From contig JAWACY010000002.1 of NCBI GenBank assembly GCA_038896535.1, positions 160,001 through 224,000 on the forward strand: DNA of 64,000 nt, written 5' to 3'. Source of the DNA: Candidatus Anstonellales archaeon (GTDB lineage Archaea; Micrarchaeota; Micrarchaeia; Anstonellales; J096). The notes below the pieces were generated by a model that worked only from the letters and a program-made list of their open reading frames with translations, made no database searches and was not told where the DNA came from. This document shows, piece by piece, positions 10,404 to 20,395 of this stretch. A program made the translations under genes and the position numbers. Numbering within the stretch: the first letter of the stretch is position 1; each line of letters opens with the position of its first letter.

Positions 10404-10943
10404 ATGGTGAATAATGCTATTAATGTTATAGATTTTGAGAGAGAAAGAAGAAAAAGAACAAAGCATATTTTCGGCAAAATGAGATTTGGCTTATCGAGAT
10501 ATTTAAGGGAAAGGGTTGATTTGAATTTGATAAATATAAAGAGCAGCCAGACACAGAGTTTAAATTATCTCTTGAGTATGCATTTTTACCTAAAAATAGC
10601 ACAATTGCTTGGCTTTGGATGGACATACAACAAGGCAGTTGAACTTTCTAAAGATGTAGATAATGATTTATCTTTTTTAGGGCTTAAAATATTGTCTGCA
10701 TATTATAAAGATAAACAAAAAAGAGAAAAAATAAGGAAAATCATGGTAGATGCATTAAAAAGGCATTATATTTATATTTATGAACTTGCTTGTATGCTTG
10801 CAGTAAAATATAGGGATAAAGAGTTATTAGAGGATATAATAGCAAATCATAAGTTAATAGAAAATCAAAACTTTAAAAGAATAACTGCTAAGTATATAAA
10901 TAAAGCACAAAGGCAATTAAGAAATGAATGGAAGAATAAATAG
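10404..10943 (+). CDS. Hypothetical protein
   Basis: 179-aa ORF, basic and helical, no motif recognised. Confidence 0.6.
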   Translation: MVNNAINVIDFERERRKRTKHIFGKMRFGLSRYLRERVDLNLINIKSSQTQSLNYLLSMHFYLKIAQLLGFGWTYNKAVELSKDVDNDLSFLGLKILSAYYKDKQKREKIRKIMVDALKRHYIYIYELACMLAVKYRDKELLEDIIANHKLIENQNFKRITAKYINKAQRQLRNEWKNK

Positions 10944-11052
10944 AAAAGAATATAAAGATAGTAAATATAGTCAAAAGACAAGTATAGTCAAAAGGTAAGC
11001 TATTCAGAGCCATAAAAATAACTTTATAAAACATCTTGCATTATATGGGAAT

Positions 11053-12477
11053 ATGGAAAAAATTGGTAATTGTATATATAAAATAGAAAAAAATGAAAAT
11101 ATGAACGTTGATGCTATCGTTATAGCTAATGAAAAACTCTTACAATCAATACAAAAAGATAGAACATTATGGCAGATAAAAAATGTTGCTTCATTGCCAG
11201 GGATTGTTGATAAAGCTGTTCTTATGCCTGACGCACATGAGGGATATGGGTTTCCTGTTGGAGGAGTTGCAGCATTTGATGCAAACAATGGCATAATATC
11301 GCCAGGCGGTATTGGGTATGATATAAATTGCGGAGTAAGGATTGTAAAAACTCCACTAACATATGACGATGTAAAAAATAAATTGAAGGACATTGCTGAA
11401 ATGCTATTTAAAAATATACCAACTGGTGTTGGAGCAAGCACTGGACAAAAAATTAGTTTTGATGAACTTGATGAAATAGCAACAAACGGCATAAAATGGG
11501 CAATAGAAAAAGGCTTTGGCATTGAAAAAGATATTGAGTTTATTGAAGAAAATGGCTGCATAAAAGGGGCTGATCCTAAATATGTATCACAAACAGCAAA
11601 ATCAAGGGGAAGGGAACAAATAGGCACGCTTGGGGCTGGTAATCATTTCCTTGAAGTTCAAAGGGTAAGCAAAATCTTTTATGATGAAGCAGCAAAACAT
11701 TTTGGCATTTATGAAAATCAAATAGTAATAATGATACATAGCGGGAGCAGGGGCTATGGGCATCAAATAGCAAGTGATTATATAAAAGATTTTATGCCAA
11801 TTGCAAAAAAGCTCGGCCTTTATTTACCGGATCAGGAACTTGTTTACCTTCCAATAACGCATGAAAAAACAACGCATTATTTGAATGCAATGAAATGTGC
11901 CATAAATTTTGCCTTTACAAATAGGCAGGTAATGTGCCATAAAGCAAGGGTCGTTTTTGAAAAGATATTCGGGCTTGATTACAATGATATGCCATTGTTA
12001 TATGATTTAGCACATAACATAGCAAAAATAGAAGAGCATGACACATCAGAAGGAAAGAAAAAGCTTATAGTGCATAGAAAAGGGGCAACAAGAGCATTTC
12101 CAAAGAATAGGGATGAAATACCAAATGCTTATAAAAGCATAGGACAACCAGTTCTCATACCAGGTAGTATGGGGACTGCAAGCTATATACTTATTGGCCA
12201 AGAAATGGGCATGAATATAAGCTTTGGCTCAAGCTGTCATGGGGCTGGCAGAGAACTCAGTAGGAGTGCAGCATTAAAGCAATTTAAAGGAGAAACAATA
12301 GTTAAGCAATTACTTGAGAAAAAAGGCATATATGTAAAGCCAAAAACATACAAAGTAGCTGCAGAGGAAGCTCCAGAGGCTTATAAAAATGTTGATGAGG
12401 TAGCAAAATCTGTAGAGCAAGCAGGCATAAGCAGGATAGTAGCAAAGCTTGAGCCATTAGCTGTTATAAAAGGCTGA
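11053..12477 (+). CDS. rtcB: tRNA-splicing ligase RtcB
   Basis: MPDAHEGYGFPVGG, GYDINCG, GTLGAGNHFLE, HSGSRG, HRKGAT, PGSMG, SCHGAGR, EEAPEAYK. Confidence 0.98.
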   Translation: MEKIGNCIYKIEKNENMNVDAIVIANEKLLQSIQKDRTLWQIKNVASLPGIVDKAVLMPDAHEGYGFPVGGVAAFDANNGIISPGGIGYDINCGVRIVKTPLTYDDVKNKLKDIAEMLFKNIPTGVGASTGQKISFDELDEIATNGIKWAIEKGFGIEKDIEFIEENGCIKGADPKYVSQTAKSRGREQIGTLGAGNHFLEVQRVSKIFYDEAAKHFGIYENQIVIMIHSGSRGYGHQIASDYIKDFMPIAKKLGLYLPDQELVYLPITHEKTTHYLNAMKCAINFAFTNRQVMCHKARVVFEKIFGLDYNDMPLLYDLAHNIAKIEEHDTSEGKKKLIVHRKGATRAFPKNRDEIPNAYKSIGQPVLIPGSMGTASYILIGQEMGMNISFGSSCHGAGRELSRSAALKQFKGETIVKQLLEKKGIYVKPKTYKVAAEEAPEAYKNVDEVAKSVEQAGISRIVAKLEPLAVIKG

Positions 12478-12539
12478 TAAATTATAAGCCAGATAATAAA
12501 TGAAAATTTATAAAATGTTATCAATAAATACCATAATCA

Positions 12540-12612
12540 GGGCCTGTAGTCGAGAGGTTAAGACGTCCGCCTTACACGCGGAAGAGCCCAGGTTCGAATC
12601 CTGGCAGGCCCA
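12540..12612 (+). tRNA. tRNA-Val(TAC)
   Basis: Acceptor GGGCCTG/CAGGCCC-A; anticodon arm TCCGC-CTTACAC-GCGGA; T arm GGTTCGAATCC. Confidence 0.96.
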
Positions 12613-12623
12613 TTAAATATTTA

Positions 12624-13151
12624 TTAATTTAAAAAGTTTTCAAACAATATTTTAATCTCTGGCTTTAAATTTATAATATTTGTTTTTCTATCTTTATTCA
12701 CAATTATTATGCCGTTTTTCTCAAGCCTTTTTACTGCCCTATGTGCTTTAAGCCTTGAGTTAAGCAATTTTGATATATCAAACTGCGTTAATGTTCCATT
12801 CTTTTTAACTGCGTATTCTATTATTTCTATATCTTCTTTTGGGAATAATTTGAGCAAAGTCGAGAAATGCATTTTTTGCAATGCCTTTTTCTGCTGTTTT
12901 TCACCATTGTATTTATTGTAAACTCTATATATAATAAGTCCTGAAAAAATGCCTATCAAACCAGACAGGAACATAAGCTCGATATGGAAATCTAAGAATA
13001 TTTTGAGTAAAAAAGGCATTGATAATGGATCAATAGCTTTGTTTTCAATCATATAATAAGCAATTGACAGACCTGATAGTATGGATATAAGCAAAAATAT
13101 TAGTATAACAAATACTGAGAACTCCAAATAATTCCTATCTTTAATATTCAT
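12624..13151 (-). CDS. Membrane-anchored winged-helix transcriptional regulator
   Basis: Two N-terminal TM segments; C-terminal GTLTQFDISKLLNSRLKAHRAVKRLEKNGII wHTH; divergent from the copper genes. Confidence 0.78.
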   Translation of the reverse strand: MNIKDRNYLEFSVFVILIFLLISILSGLSIAYYMIENKAIDPLSMPFLLKIFLDFHIELMFLSGLIGIFSGLIIYRVYNKYNGEKQQKKALQKMHFSTLLKLFPKEDIEIIEYAVKKNGTLTQFDISKLLNSRLKAHRAVKRLEKNGIIIVNKDRKTNIINLKPEIKILFENFLN

Positions 13152-13226
13152 AAGAACACCTTAAAAACACCTTGTAATTATTGCTATTATATTACTATTT
13201 AGCTCGTTTCATGCATATTTAAATAT

Positions 13227-13246
13227 TGTTTCACTTAAATGAAACA
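13227..13246. promoter_or_regulatory. Candidate operator: perfect 7-6-7 inverted repeat TGTTTCA-CTTAAA-TGAAACA
   Basis: Lies between the divergent regulator and the copper operon, between AT boxes; extra half-site GTTTCAT at 13206-13212. Confidence 0.55.
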
Positions 13247-13293
13247 TTATAAACAAAAGTTTAAAAATAGATCGCTTGTAGTTTGGTGATTTT

Positions 13294-13791
13294 ATGGGCA
13301 GTGATTTAACAAATGGTAAATTAGAAAGCAATAAAGATGATGATAGCATAAGTATAAGCAAAACAACCTTTATTTATTTATTATTATTTATAGCTGTTTT
13401 TGTTGGCCTATTTCTAGCTTATTTCATGCCAAAAAATGATTTGGGTAGTTTAATAAATAATAATGAAAAAATAAATAATAATGAAAATGCTGAAAATGGC
13501 AATGAAAAAAGCATTATAAATGGCGGTTTTCAAGAAATTTATATAAAGGCAACACCTTATGGCTATGATAAAAAAGTTGTAAGAGTAAAGAAAGGAATAC
13601 CTGTAAAATTATATTTTAGTGCTGATAAATATGCTGGCTGTGGAAAAATAATGCTTATTAGGGAGTTTGGCATAACACTTGAATCTTATGATGGAGAAAC
13701 AGTACAGGCAACATTCACACCAAATAAAGAAGGCAGTTATGAATATTCATGCGCAATGAGAATGTTTAGAGGAACGCTGATTGTAGAGTAG
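13294..13791 (+). CDS. Membrane-anchored cupredoxin-domain protein (CupA-like)
   Basis: One TM helix, then V.KGIPV.L.F...GC...FTP.KEG.YEYSCAMRMFRG.LIV. Confidence 0.85.
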   Translation: MGSDLTNGKLESNKDDDSISISKTTFIYLLLFIAVFVGLFLAYFMPKNDLGSLINNNEKINNNENAENGNEKSIINGGFQEIYIKATPYGYDKKVVRVKKGIPVKLYFSADKYAGCGKIMLIREFGITLESYDGETVQATFTPNKEGSYEYSCAMRMFRGTLIVE

Positions 13792-13800
13792 CGTGATAAA

Positions 13801-14556
13801 ATGGAAGAAAAAAATGACAGAACATTGGAGAGGGGAAATATAAAAAATGTTTATAGCTATATCAAACTTATCCTATCTGCTGACTTAAAGTTAGAGAATG
13901 CATTATTTAATTATTTGCTTATATGCCTTATATCAACAATCTTTATTGGATCTATAATAATAGTATTTCTTAATCTCAGTTTAAAAAATTACTTACCATT
14001 TTTGCTATTTTCTTCTTTTAGTTCTTGTTATATTGTATATTCATATATTCACATGAAATTATATAAGGGTTATATAAATTGTAATATTGGCATGATGTCT
14101 GGTATGATAACTGGCATGCTATCTGGATTTATGGCTGGACTTTTAATTGGAGCAACAAATGGCCTGTTTGTTGGCTCTGTATTTGGCATTATCATAGGCC
14201 TCTTATTTGGCCTCAAAGCAGGAAAAATGTGCGGTATAATGGGAGCATTAGAGGGCATTCTTGCTGCATTAATGTCTGGGCCTATGGGTGCTATGATCTC
14301 TGTAATGATGATATATGATAACCTTATAACATTCCTTTATATCGCCCTTCTTATATCAATTATTGGAATGCACGGCCTTTCCTATATGCTTTATAGAGAA
14401 TTAAAAAAGCCAATACATGAAATACACGATATTGAAAATGAATTTAAAAAACATAAAATGCTCATTAAAATGTTAATAACAAGCAATGCATTGAATTTTA
14501 TTAACATATTTTTGATCATATTTGGGCCAAAGAGCAACTTGATTTTTCCTATTTAA
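13801..14556 (+). CDS. Met/Gly-rich polytopic membrane protein in the copper operon
   Basis: CNIGMMSGMITGMLSGFMAG...CGIMGALEG...MSGPMGAMISVMM; several TM segments; operon context. Confidence 0.7.
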   Translation: MEEKNDRTLERGNIKNVYSYIKLILSADLKLENALFNYLLICLISTIFIGSIIIVFLNLSLKNYLPFLLFSSFSSCYIVYSYIHMKLYKGYINCNIGMMSGMITGMLSGFMAGLLIGATNGLFVGSVFGIIIGLLFGLKAGKMCGIMGALEGILAALMSGPMGAMISVMMIYDNLITFLYIALLISIIGMHGLSYMLYRELKKPIHEIHDIENEFKKHKMLIKMLITSNALNFINIFLIIFGPKSNLIFPI

Positions 14557-14565
14557 GGTGGAAAT

Positions 14566-17019
14566 ATGGGGAATAAACAAATGAAAAAAACTCAATTTCT
14601 TATAACTGGAATGCACTGCGCAACATGTGCACTTAATATAGAGAAAAAGCTAAAAAATATAAAAGGCATAGCAAATGCGAGCGTGAGCTTTGCAAGCAAT
14701 AAAGCTTTTGTTGAATATGACAATAGCATTTTGGGCCTTGGTAATATAAAGGAGGCAATTGAATCACTTGGTTATAAAGCAGAAATAGAAGATATGGGAG
14801 ATGTAAAAGGTTTGGACAAATTATATATTATTGTAAGCGGTATAAGTAATAAAGAAAGGGCGAATTTATTTCAGAGCATTATTAAATCATTGAATGGTAT
14901 TAAAGAGGTAAATGTTGATTATCAGTTAGAAAAAGCAATAATAACATATGATAGAGGAGTATTAAATTATAATAAAATAAAGGAAGCACTTAAAAGAAGA
15001 GGATTTGAAATAGAAATAGCATCTCCAGATTTAGAATTTGACAGAGAAAAAGCTGCCAGAGAAAAAGAAATTAATGAACTAAAAAATATTGCTACATATT
15101 CATTTTTATTCGCAATACCAACATTTATTTTATCTCTGCCTTTTATGCTACCCTCTTTATTTGATTATGGGCCTTTTGTTAATTACATATATTACATTCA
15201 ATTCCTATTAACATCTGCTGTTGTATATATAAATAGGAATATGTTCGTAAGCGGGATAAGAAACTTAATAAGCAACATGCCGGATATGAACAGCCTTGTT
15301 GCTCTTGGTGTTGGGGCTGCTTATTTATATAGTACTGTTGTAATGCTATCTGTTTTTAGTGGCCATGTTTATTTTGAAATCGCTGCTTTATTGCTGGCAT
15401 TTATTGTTTTAGGAAAATATTTTGAAACTGTTGCAAAAGGAAAAACATCAGAGGCAATAAAAAAACTTATAGGTTTACAACCAAAAACTGCCATAGTGTT
15501 GAGAAACAATAAAGAAATAGAATTGCCAATAAATGAGGTTAAAGTTGGCGATTTAGTAATGATAAAACCAGGGGCAAAAATTCCTGTTGATGGCGTTGTT
15601 ATTTCAGGATCAAGCAGCATAGATGAAAGCATGATAACAGGAGAAAGCATGCCAGTACATAAAAGAAAGGGCGATATTGTGATAGCTGGCACAATAAACA
15701 AAGTCGGGTCATTAAAAATAAAGGCAACAAAAATAGGTAAAGACACAATGCTGGCACAAATAATAAGAATGGTTGAAGAAGCACAGGCAAGCAAACCACC
15801 AATACAAAAGCTTGTTGACATTGTTGCTGGAAATTTTGTTAAAGTTGTTATAATCATTGCTTCTCTGTCATTTATATACTGGTATTTCATAGCAATGCAG
15901 CCATTTGCTTTTGCCATAACAATATTTGTTGCTACTCTTGTTGTTGCTTGCCCTTGTGCTATGGGACTTGCAACCCCTACTGCTGTTATGCTATCATTAG
16001 GAAAAGCAGCAGAAAATGGCTTTCTTGTAAAAGATGCATCTGCACTTGAAAAATTTGCTGATGCAAAAATAATAGTTTTCGATAAAACTGGAACAATAAC
16101 AAAAGGTGAGCCAGAGGTAACTGATATAATAACAAACATGGATGAAACAAATTTCCTTTACCTTGCTGCAAGTGCTGAAAAGAATTCAGAGCATCATTTA
16201 GCAAATGCTATATTGAATAAAGCAAAAAAAATGAAAATTAAAATATCAAATCCAAAAAAATTCAAAGCACTGCCTGGGATGGGCATAACCGCAGAAGTTG
16301 ATAAGAAAAATGTTATAATTGGAAACGAGGCGCTAATGAAGAAATATAAATTAAAGGGCATTGAATCATTTATTGATAAGGCATATAGCCTTGAAGAACA
16401 AGCAAAAACAGTGGTTTTTGTTGCTATTGATAATTATGTTAGGGGTATAATTGCAATATCAGATACTATAAAAGAAAGCTCAAAACAAGCAATAAAAACA
16501 TTAAAAGATATGGGCTACGATGTTTATATGATAACTGGCGACAATGAGAAAAGCGCTTATGCAATAGCAAAACAAGTTTATATAGATAAAAAGCATGTTT
16601 TAGCTCATGTTTTCCCTGATGATAAAGCAAATGAAGTAAAAAAATTACAAAAACATGGCATTGTTGCTTTTGTTGGAGATGGTATTAACGATGCAATAGC
16701 TCTAACACAAGCAGATGTTGGCATAGCAATAGGAAAAGGCACTGATATAGCAATAGAATCAGCAGGCATTGTTTTAGTAAGAGATGACTTAAACATCCTT
16801 ATAAAAGCAATAAAATTGAGCAAATACACTTTATGGAAAATAAAAACAAATCTGTTCTGGGCTTTTATTTATAATATTATTGCAATCCCAATTGCAGTCG
16901 GCTTATTTTATTATTCATATAATATTTTGTTAAACCCGTTAATAGCTGGTATTGCAATGGCATTAAGCTCATTAAGTGTTGTTACAAATACATTGCTTAT
17001 GAAAGGATTCAAGCCATAA
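14566..17019 (+). CDS. copA: Cu(I)-translocating P1B-type ATPase
   Basis: GMHCATC HMA domain (second HMA lacks CxxC), TGES, CPC, DKTGT, SEH, GDGIND, YN and MALSS motifs. Confidence 0.95.
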   Translation: MGNKQMKKTQFLITGMHCATCALNIEKKLKNIKGIANASVSFASNKAFVEYDNSILGLGNIKEAIESLGYKAEIEDMGDVKGLDKLYIIVSGISNKERANLFQSIIKSLNGIKEVNVDYQLEKAIITYDRGVLNYNKIKEALKRRGFEIEIASPDLEFDREKAAREKEINELKNIATYSFLFAIPTFILSLPFMLPSLFDYGPFVNYIYYIQFLLTSAVVYINRNMFVSGIRNLISNMPDMNSLVALGVGAAYLYSTVVMLSVFSGHVYFEIAALLLAFIVLGKYFETVAKGKTSEAIKKLIGLQPKTAIVLRNNKEIELPINEVKVGDLVMIKPGAKIPVDGVVISGSSSIDESMITGESMPVHKRKGDIVIAGTINKVGSLKIKATKIGKDTMLAQIIRMVEEAQASKPPIQKLVDIVAGNFVKVVIIIASLSFIYWYFIAMQPFAFAITIFVATLVVACPCAMGLATPTAVMLSLGKAAENGFLVKDASALEKFADAKIIVFDKTGTITKGEPEVTDIITNMDETNFLYLAASAEKNSEHHLANAILNKAKKMKIKISNPKKFKALPGMGITAEVDKKNVIIGNEALMKKYKLKGIESFIDKAYSLEEQAKTVVFVAIDNYVRGIIAISDTIKESSKQAIKTLKDMGYDVYMITGDNEKSAYAIAKQVYIDKKHVLAHVFPDDKANEVKKLQKHGIVAFVGDGINDAIALTQADVGIAIGKGTDIAIESAGIVLVRDDLNILIKAIKLSKYTLWKIKTNLFWAFIYNIIAIPIAVGLFYYSYNILLNPLIAGIAMALSSLSVVTNTLLMKGFKP

Positions 17020-17079
17020 AGAAAATGGAGCATTCAAATTTTAATTAAAAGCTTTAAATATGCTTGCCCAATTCTATTT

Positions 17080-17499
17080 ATGGGGCAATATGAATTCCTT
17101 GAGCATACTGCTGATATAAAAATAAGGGCAAAAGGGAAAAATTTTGCTGATGCAATGGAAGGAGCATTTAAGGCAATTATCAGTATAATAAATGAAAAAA
17201 AAGAAAAAAGGGAAAAAGAAGAAAAATTAATAATAGAAGTAAGAGAAAAATTCCTTGAAGATGTTGTTGTAAATGCTCTTGAAAAACTTATAACATATTC
17301 AGAAATAGAAAAAATAATGCCTTATGATGTAAAAGTAATATCATTTGATGAAATGAACAATTTTTATTCATTAAAAGCAATAGTTTTTGGCTATAAAGTC
17401 AATGAAATAGAAACGCCAATAAAGGCAGTAACATACCATCAGCTTGTTATTAAAGAAATTGAAAATGAAACAATAATAGAATTCATTATTGACATCTAG
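17080..17499 (+). CDS. Archease (RtcB cofactor)
   Basis: YEFLEHTAD at the N-terminus; IKAVTYH and terminal IDI. Confidence 0.93.
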   Translation: MGQYEFLEHTADIKIRAKGKNFADAMEGAFKAIISIINEKKEKREKEEKLIIEVREKFLEDVVVNALEKLITYSEIEKIMPYDVKVISFDEMNNFYSLKAIVFGYKVNEIETPIKAVTYHQLVIKEIENETIIEFIIDI

Positions 17500-17500
17500 C

Positions 17501-17992
17501 TTATTTATGCCTGAATGAACTTTTTATATACTCCTTAAGAAGCTTTATTACATACGCATTTGGATTGCCTGTATGTGTTTTTCCATAATAGCCATCATAG
17601 CTATTTATTTCCTTTTCTTTTATTTCTCCACTGCTTTTCAATAAAAAGAGATATAAATTAAGGGATGCAATATTGCAAATTGCCTTTAAAATAAGCCTTG
17701 TACTTTCCATTGCCTTATTATCAAGTGCAGCAATAAGCAAAAAATCATTTACCGCCATAATATTTCTCCAGATATGGCTAAAATGCCCTGTTTCAATATT
17801 CTTATTTTCAAAATGCTCAAATTGCTCTGCCTTCATTACTGCTTTTTTATTTGCCCTGCTTATTGAATTAATTACCAATTGTTTTAAAATGCCCATTAAT
17901 ATTAATATGAAAAAACGCTTTTTAAAACATTCATATTGAAGTATTTTAGCAAAAGCCAAAAAACTAAAGGCAGTGTTTAAAAAAATAAACAT
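17501..17992 (-). CDS. Hypothetical protein (start probably internal, MGILKQ)
   Basis: Fills the gap between archease and DUF35 genes; no motif. Confidence 0.5.
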   Translation of the reverse strand: MFIFLNTAFSFLAFAKILQYECFKKRFFILILMGILKQLVINSISRANKKAVMKAEQFEHFENKNIETGHFSHIWRNIMAVNDFLLIAALDNKAMESTRLILKAICNIASLNLYLFLLKSSGEIKEKEINSYDGYYGKTHTGNPNAYVIKLLKEYIKSSFRHK

Positions 17993-18004
17993 TTTATTAC
18001 ATTC

Positions 18005-18400
18005 ATGAAGGAAAGCATACCTCTAAATTGGAGGAGGATCCCTTATAGGTATAAGCTTGAAGGCACAAAATGCTTGAATTGCAATAGCCATTTTTTCCCG
18101 CCCAGAATTGTATGTCCAAAATGCAGAAGGCAGGGGAAGATAACAACGCATAAATTCTCTGGTTATGGTAAAATATTAACTTTTACAAAAGTTTTTGTGC
18201 CTCCTGCAGGATTTGAGGAAATAGCCCCATATTATGTAGGCATAATAAAATTAGATGAAGGCCCTTGCATAACTGCACAGATTGTTGATTCTGAGAATGT
18301 TGAGATAGGAAAAAGAGTCAAATTAGTATTTAGAAGGTTGCAGCAAGACGGAGAGCATGGACTTATACATTATGGATTTAAATTTACTGTATTTGAATAA
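18005..18400 (+). CDS. DUF35-type Zn-ribbon/OB-fold protein
   Basis: CLNC...FFPPRIVCPKC, G.ILTFT, PYYVGIIKLDEG, YGFKF. Confidence 0.9.
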   Translation: MKESIPLNWRRIPYRYKLEGTKCLNCNSHFFPPRIVCPKCRRQGKITTHKFSGYGKILTFTKVFVPPAGFEEIAPYYVGIIKLDEGPCITAQIVDSENVEIGKRVKLVFRRLQQDGEHGLIHYGFKFTVFE

Positions 18401-19127
18401 GCCTGCTCTTGCCTTCTTCTGTTTGGATCATTGCATTATATATTAACCATTGCCCCCTATTCCTTAATCCTTTGCTTTCTGGTAATGAATACATAAATTC
18501 TCTGTTATTTGATATGACTTTTAACAACAACACCTTTGGTTTGTAAACAAAGCTTGAGAATACTGAAGTAAAGCTTTTGGTAGTTAAAGGCAATGAATAC
18601 ATAAGCTCTGCTTCAATGCCATTTCTTTCTATTTTATTTAAAATACTGCTTATAAAAGAAAATGCTTCACTCATACTTTTTACATATTGCCTAAATTGCC
18701 TTCTATTTTTATCAAATATCTTATCAAGAAATGCAATCATATATAAAGAACCCAAAACGCTAGAGAATGCTTCTATTTGTGCTGCATGTGATAAGAAAAC
18801 AGAAGATTGCCATGAAGGTTCCATCAAAGCATTAAATGCTTGTCTTGCTTTTTCATCATCAGAAATAAGCCTGAACTTGCCGTTTTTATCAGTAGTTATA
18901 GCCCCATAATATGATAGTATGTAAGCAATATGTGCTAATATTTTGCTGTTAAAATAAACTGTATTCTGCCTTACTTGCTTTCTTATGGCAATTTCCTTTT
19001 TGCGAAAATAATTGTTAAAAACCCTTTCCAAGCTGTTTTTTCTCCTTACACTAGAAAACATGAAGTATGGCAATCTTATAACCTCAACATTCCTGCTATA
19101 TGCTTCATCACAATTTTTATTATTCAT
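18384..19127 (-). CDS. Hypothetical protein translationally coupled to the RelA/SpoT-domain gene
   Basis: 247-aa ORF with a 4-nt ATGA overlap with the upstream gene. Confidence 0.6.
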   Translation of the reverse strand: MNNKNCDEAYSRNVEVIRLPYFMFSSVRRKNSLERVFNNYFRKKEIAIRKQVRQNTVYFNSKILAHIAYILSYYGAITTDKNGKFRLISDDEKARQAFNALMEPSWQSSVFLSHAAQIEAFSSVLGSLYMIAFLDKIFDKNRRQFRQYVKSMSEAFSFISSILNKIERNGIEAELMYSLPLTTKSFTSVFSSFVYKPKVLLLKVISNNREFMYSLPESKGLRNRGQWLIYNAMIQTEEGKSRLIQIQ

Positions 19128-20350
19128 TCTACCACCACTACAAAAGCATTGTTTTGTTTAATAACTTTTATATCTGGTTTTTCTGTTTTAATAACAGCAT
19201 TTATACATTGCTCTATTATCATTTCTGATTTCGCATTGTCAAAATAATGTAATAAAAATTCTCTTAAACAATTTCTTACTACCCTTTCATCTCTAAAACA
19301 TCTTATTTCATGTCTTGCTCTTAAGCGCCTTCCCAAATCATTGATTTTTATTTCTATATTAATATTCACTGTTCCTTTTTTTATCACTTCTAGATGCTGC
19401 ATTAAATACTTTTGAATGCCATGTATTGTTTCTATGCTGTTTTCCAGTCTTCCATAATTTTCATGGGTATCAACTTGCAATTCAACTGGAATAAATAGGC
19501 TTTTTTCTTCGCTCAAAAATTTGCATATTATATGTAATCTATTATAACCATTATCTTTTGGTTTAAGATAGTATTCCTTAATGCTATTATCTGTTGTAGC
19601 TGGATCTGTATCTATGAATAAGGCCGGATTTTTTTGTATATATTTTATTAAAGCATCTTCTAAAATACACATTTGCTTTTCCCTTTCTTTTTCCATAAAA
19701 ACAAGCCTTATCCCAACAAGGTCATGTAATTCAAATATGTGGTTCTCATCAAGGCCATATTGGCTTAATTTTTCATAAACATCAAATGGAGCTTTAATCC
19801 TTAACTCATAAAAAGCTAAATCAAAATCTGCTTTTTGCTTTATGTATTTCGATATTTCCCCTATTGTTTCAATAAGCGGCTTTATTTTCTGTCTTAACAT
19901 GATGCCATAATTTATGCGTCCATAATTAAAGCCATAGCTTGTACGCAAAAATAAATTATTAATAAAGAATTTCGGTATTCTGTGCAGACCAAATGACTTT
20001 GCCATCCCTCTTATCGCTGTTGCTTCTTCTACAACATGATAGCAAGTATTAATATCATAACCAGCAACTTCGTAAAGAAATAATGCAAATGCATTTAATG
20101 CTTTTTCTTTATCCCTACTGAGCAAAACAAAAAATTTATCAATAAATGGATTGAGGCCATCCCAATAAGATTTAAATAATATATTTCTAAATTCTGCTGT
20201 TTTTTTATCAAGAGAAAGTGCTTTTACATCTTCATCATTTGCATATTCCAATTTTTCAATTACTTTATTTCTATACCTAAGTCTCCTATAAAATGATGAT
20301 TTAGGTTTTATTTCCGGGTATCTGTAAAAAAATGTTTTTATATTGCCCAT
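19124..20350 (-). CDS. RelA/SpoT-homologue synthetase-domain protein
   Basis: RIKAPFDVYEK, HDLVGIR, KEYYLKPKDNGYNRLH, VELQVDT and H...K follow the order and spacing of RSH synthetase motifs. Confidence 0.78.
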   Translation of the reverse strand: MGNIKTFFYRYPEIKPKSSFYRRLRYRNKVIEKLEYANDEDVKALSLDKKTAEFRNILFKSYWDGLNPFIDKFFVLLSRDKEKALNAFALFLYEVAGYDINTCYHVVEEATAIRGMAKSFGLHRIPKFFINNLFLRTSYGFNYGRINYGIMLRQKIKPLIETIGEISKYIKQKADFDLAFYELRIKAPFDVYEKLSQYGLDENHIFELHDLVGIRLVFMEKEREKQMCILEDALIKYIQKNPALFIDTDPATTDNSIKEYYLKPKDNGYNRLHIICKFLSEEKSLFIPVELQVDTHENYGRLENSIETIHGIQKYLMQHLEVIKKGTVNINIEIKINDLGRRLRARHEIRCFRDERVVRNCLREFLLHYFDNAKSEMIIEQCINAVIKTEKPDIKVIKQNNAFVVVVE

Positions 20351-20395
20351 ATTTTACATAATATGTATAAAAGTGTTTTTAAATATTATTGACTA

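Noticed and set aside
10212..10466. 84-aa minus-strand ORF
   Set aside because: Overlaps the 5S rRNA; spurious
17060..17071. Possible att duplication of the tRNA-Val 3' end (GCCCA)
   Set aside because: Match too short to be meaningful
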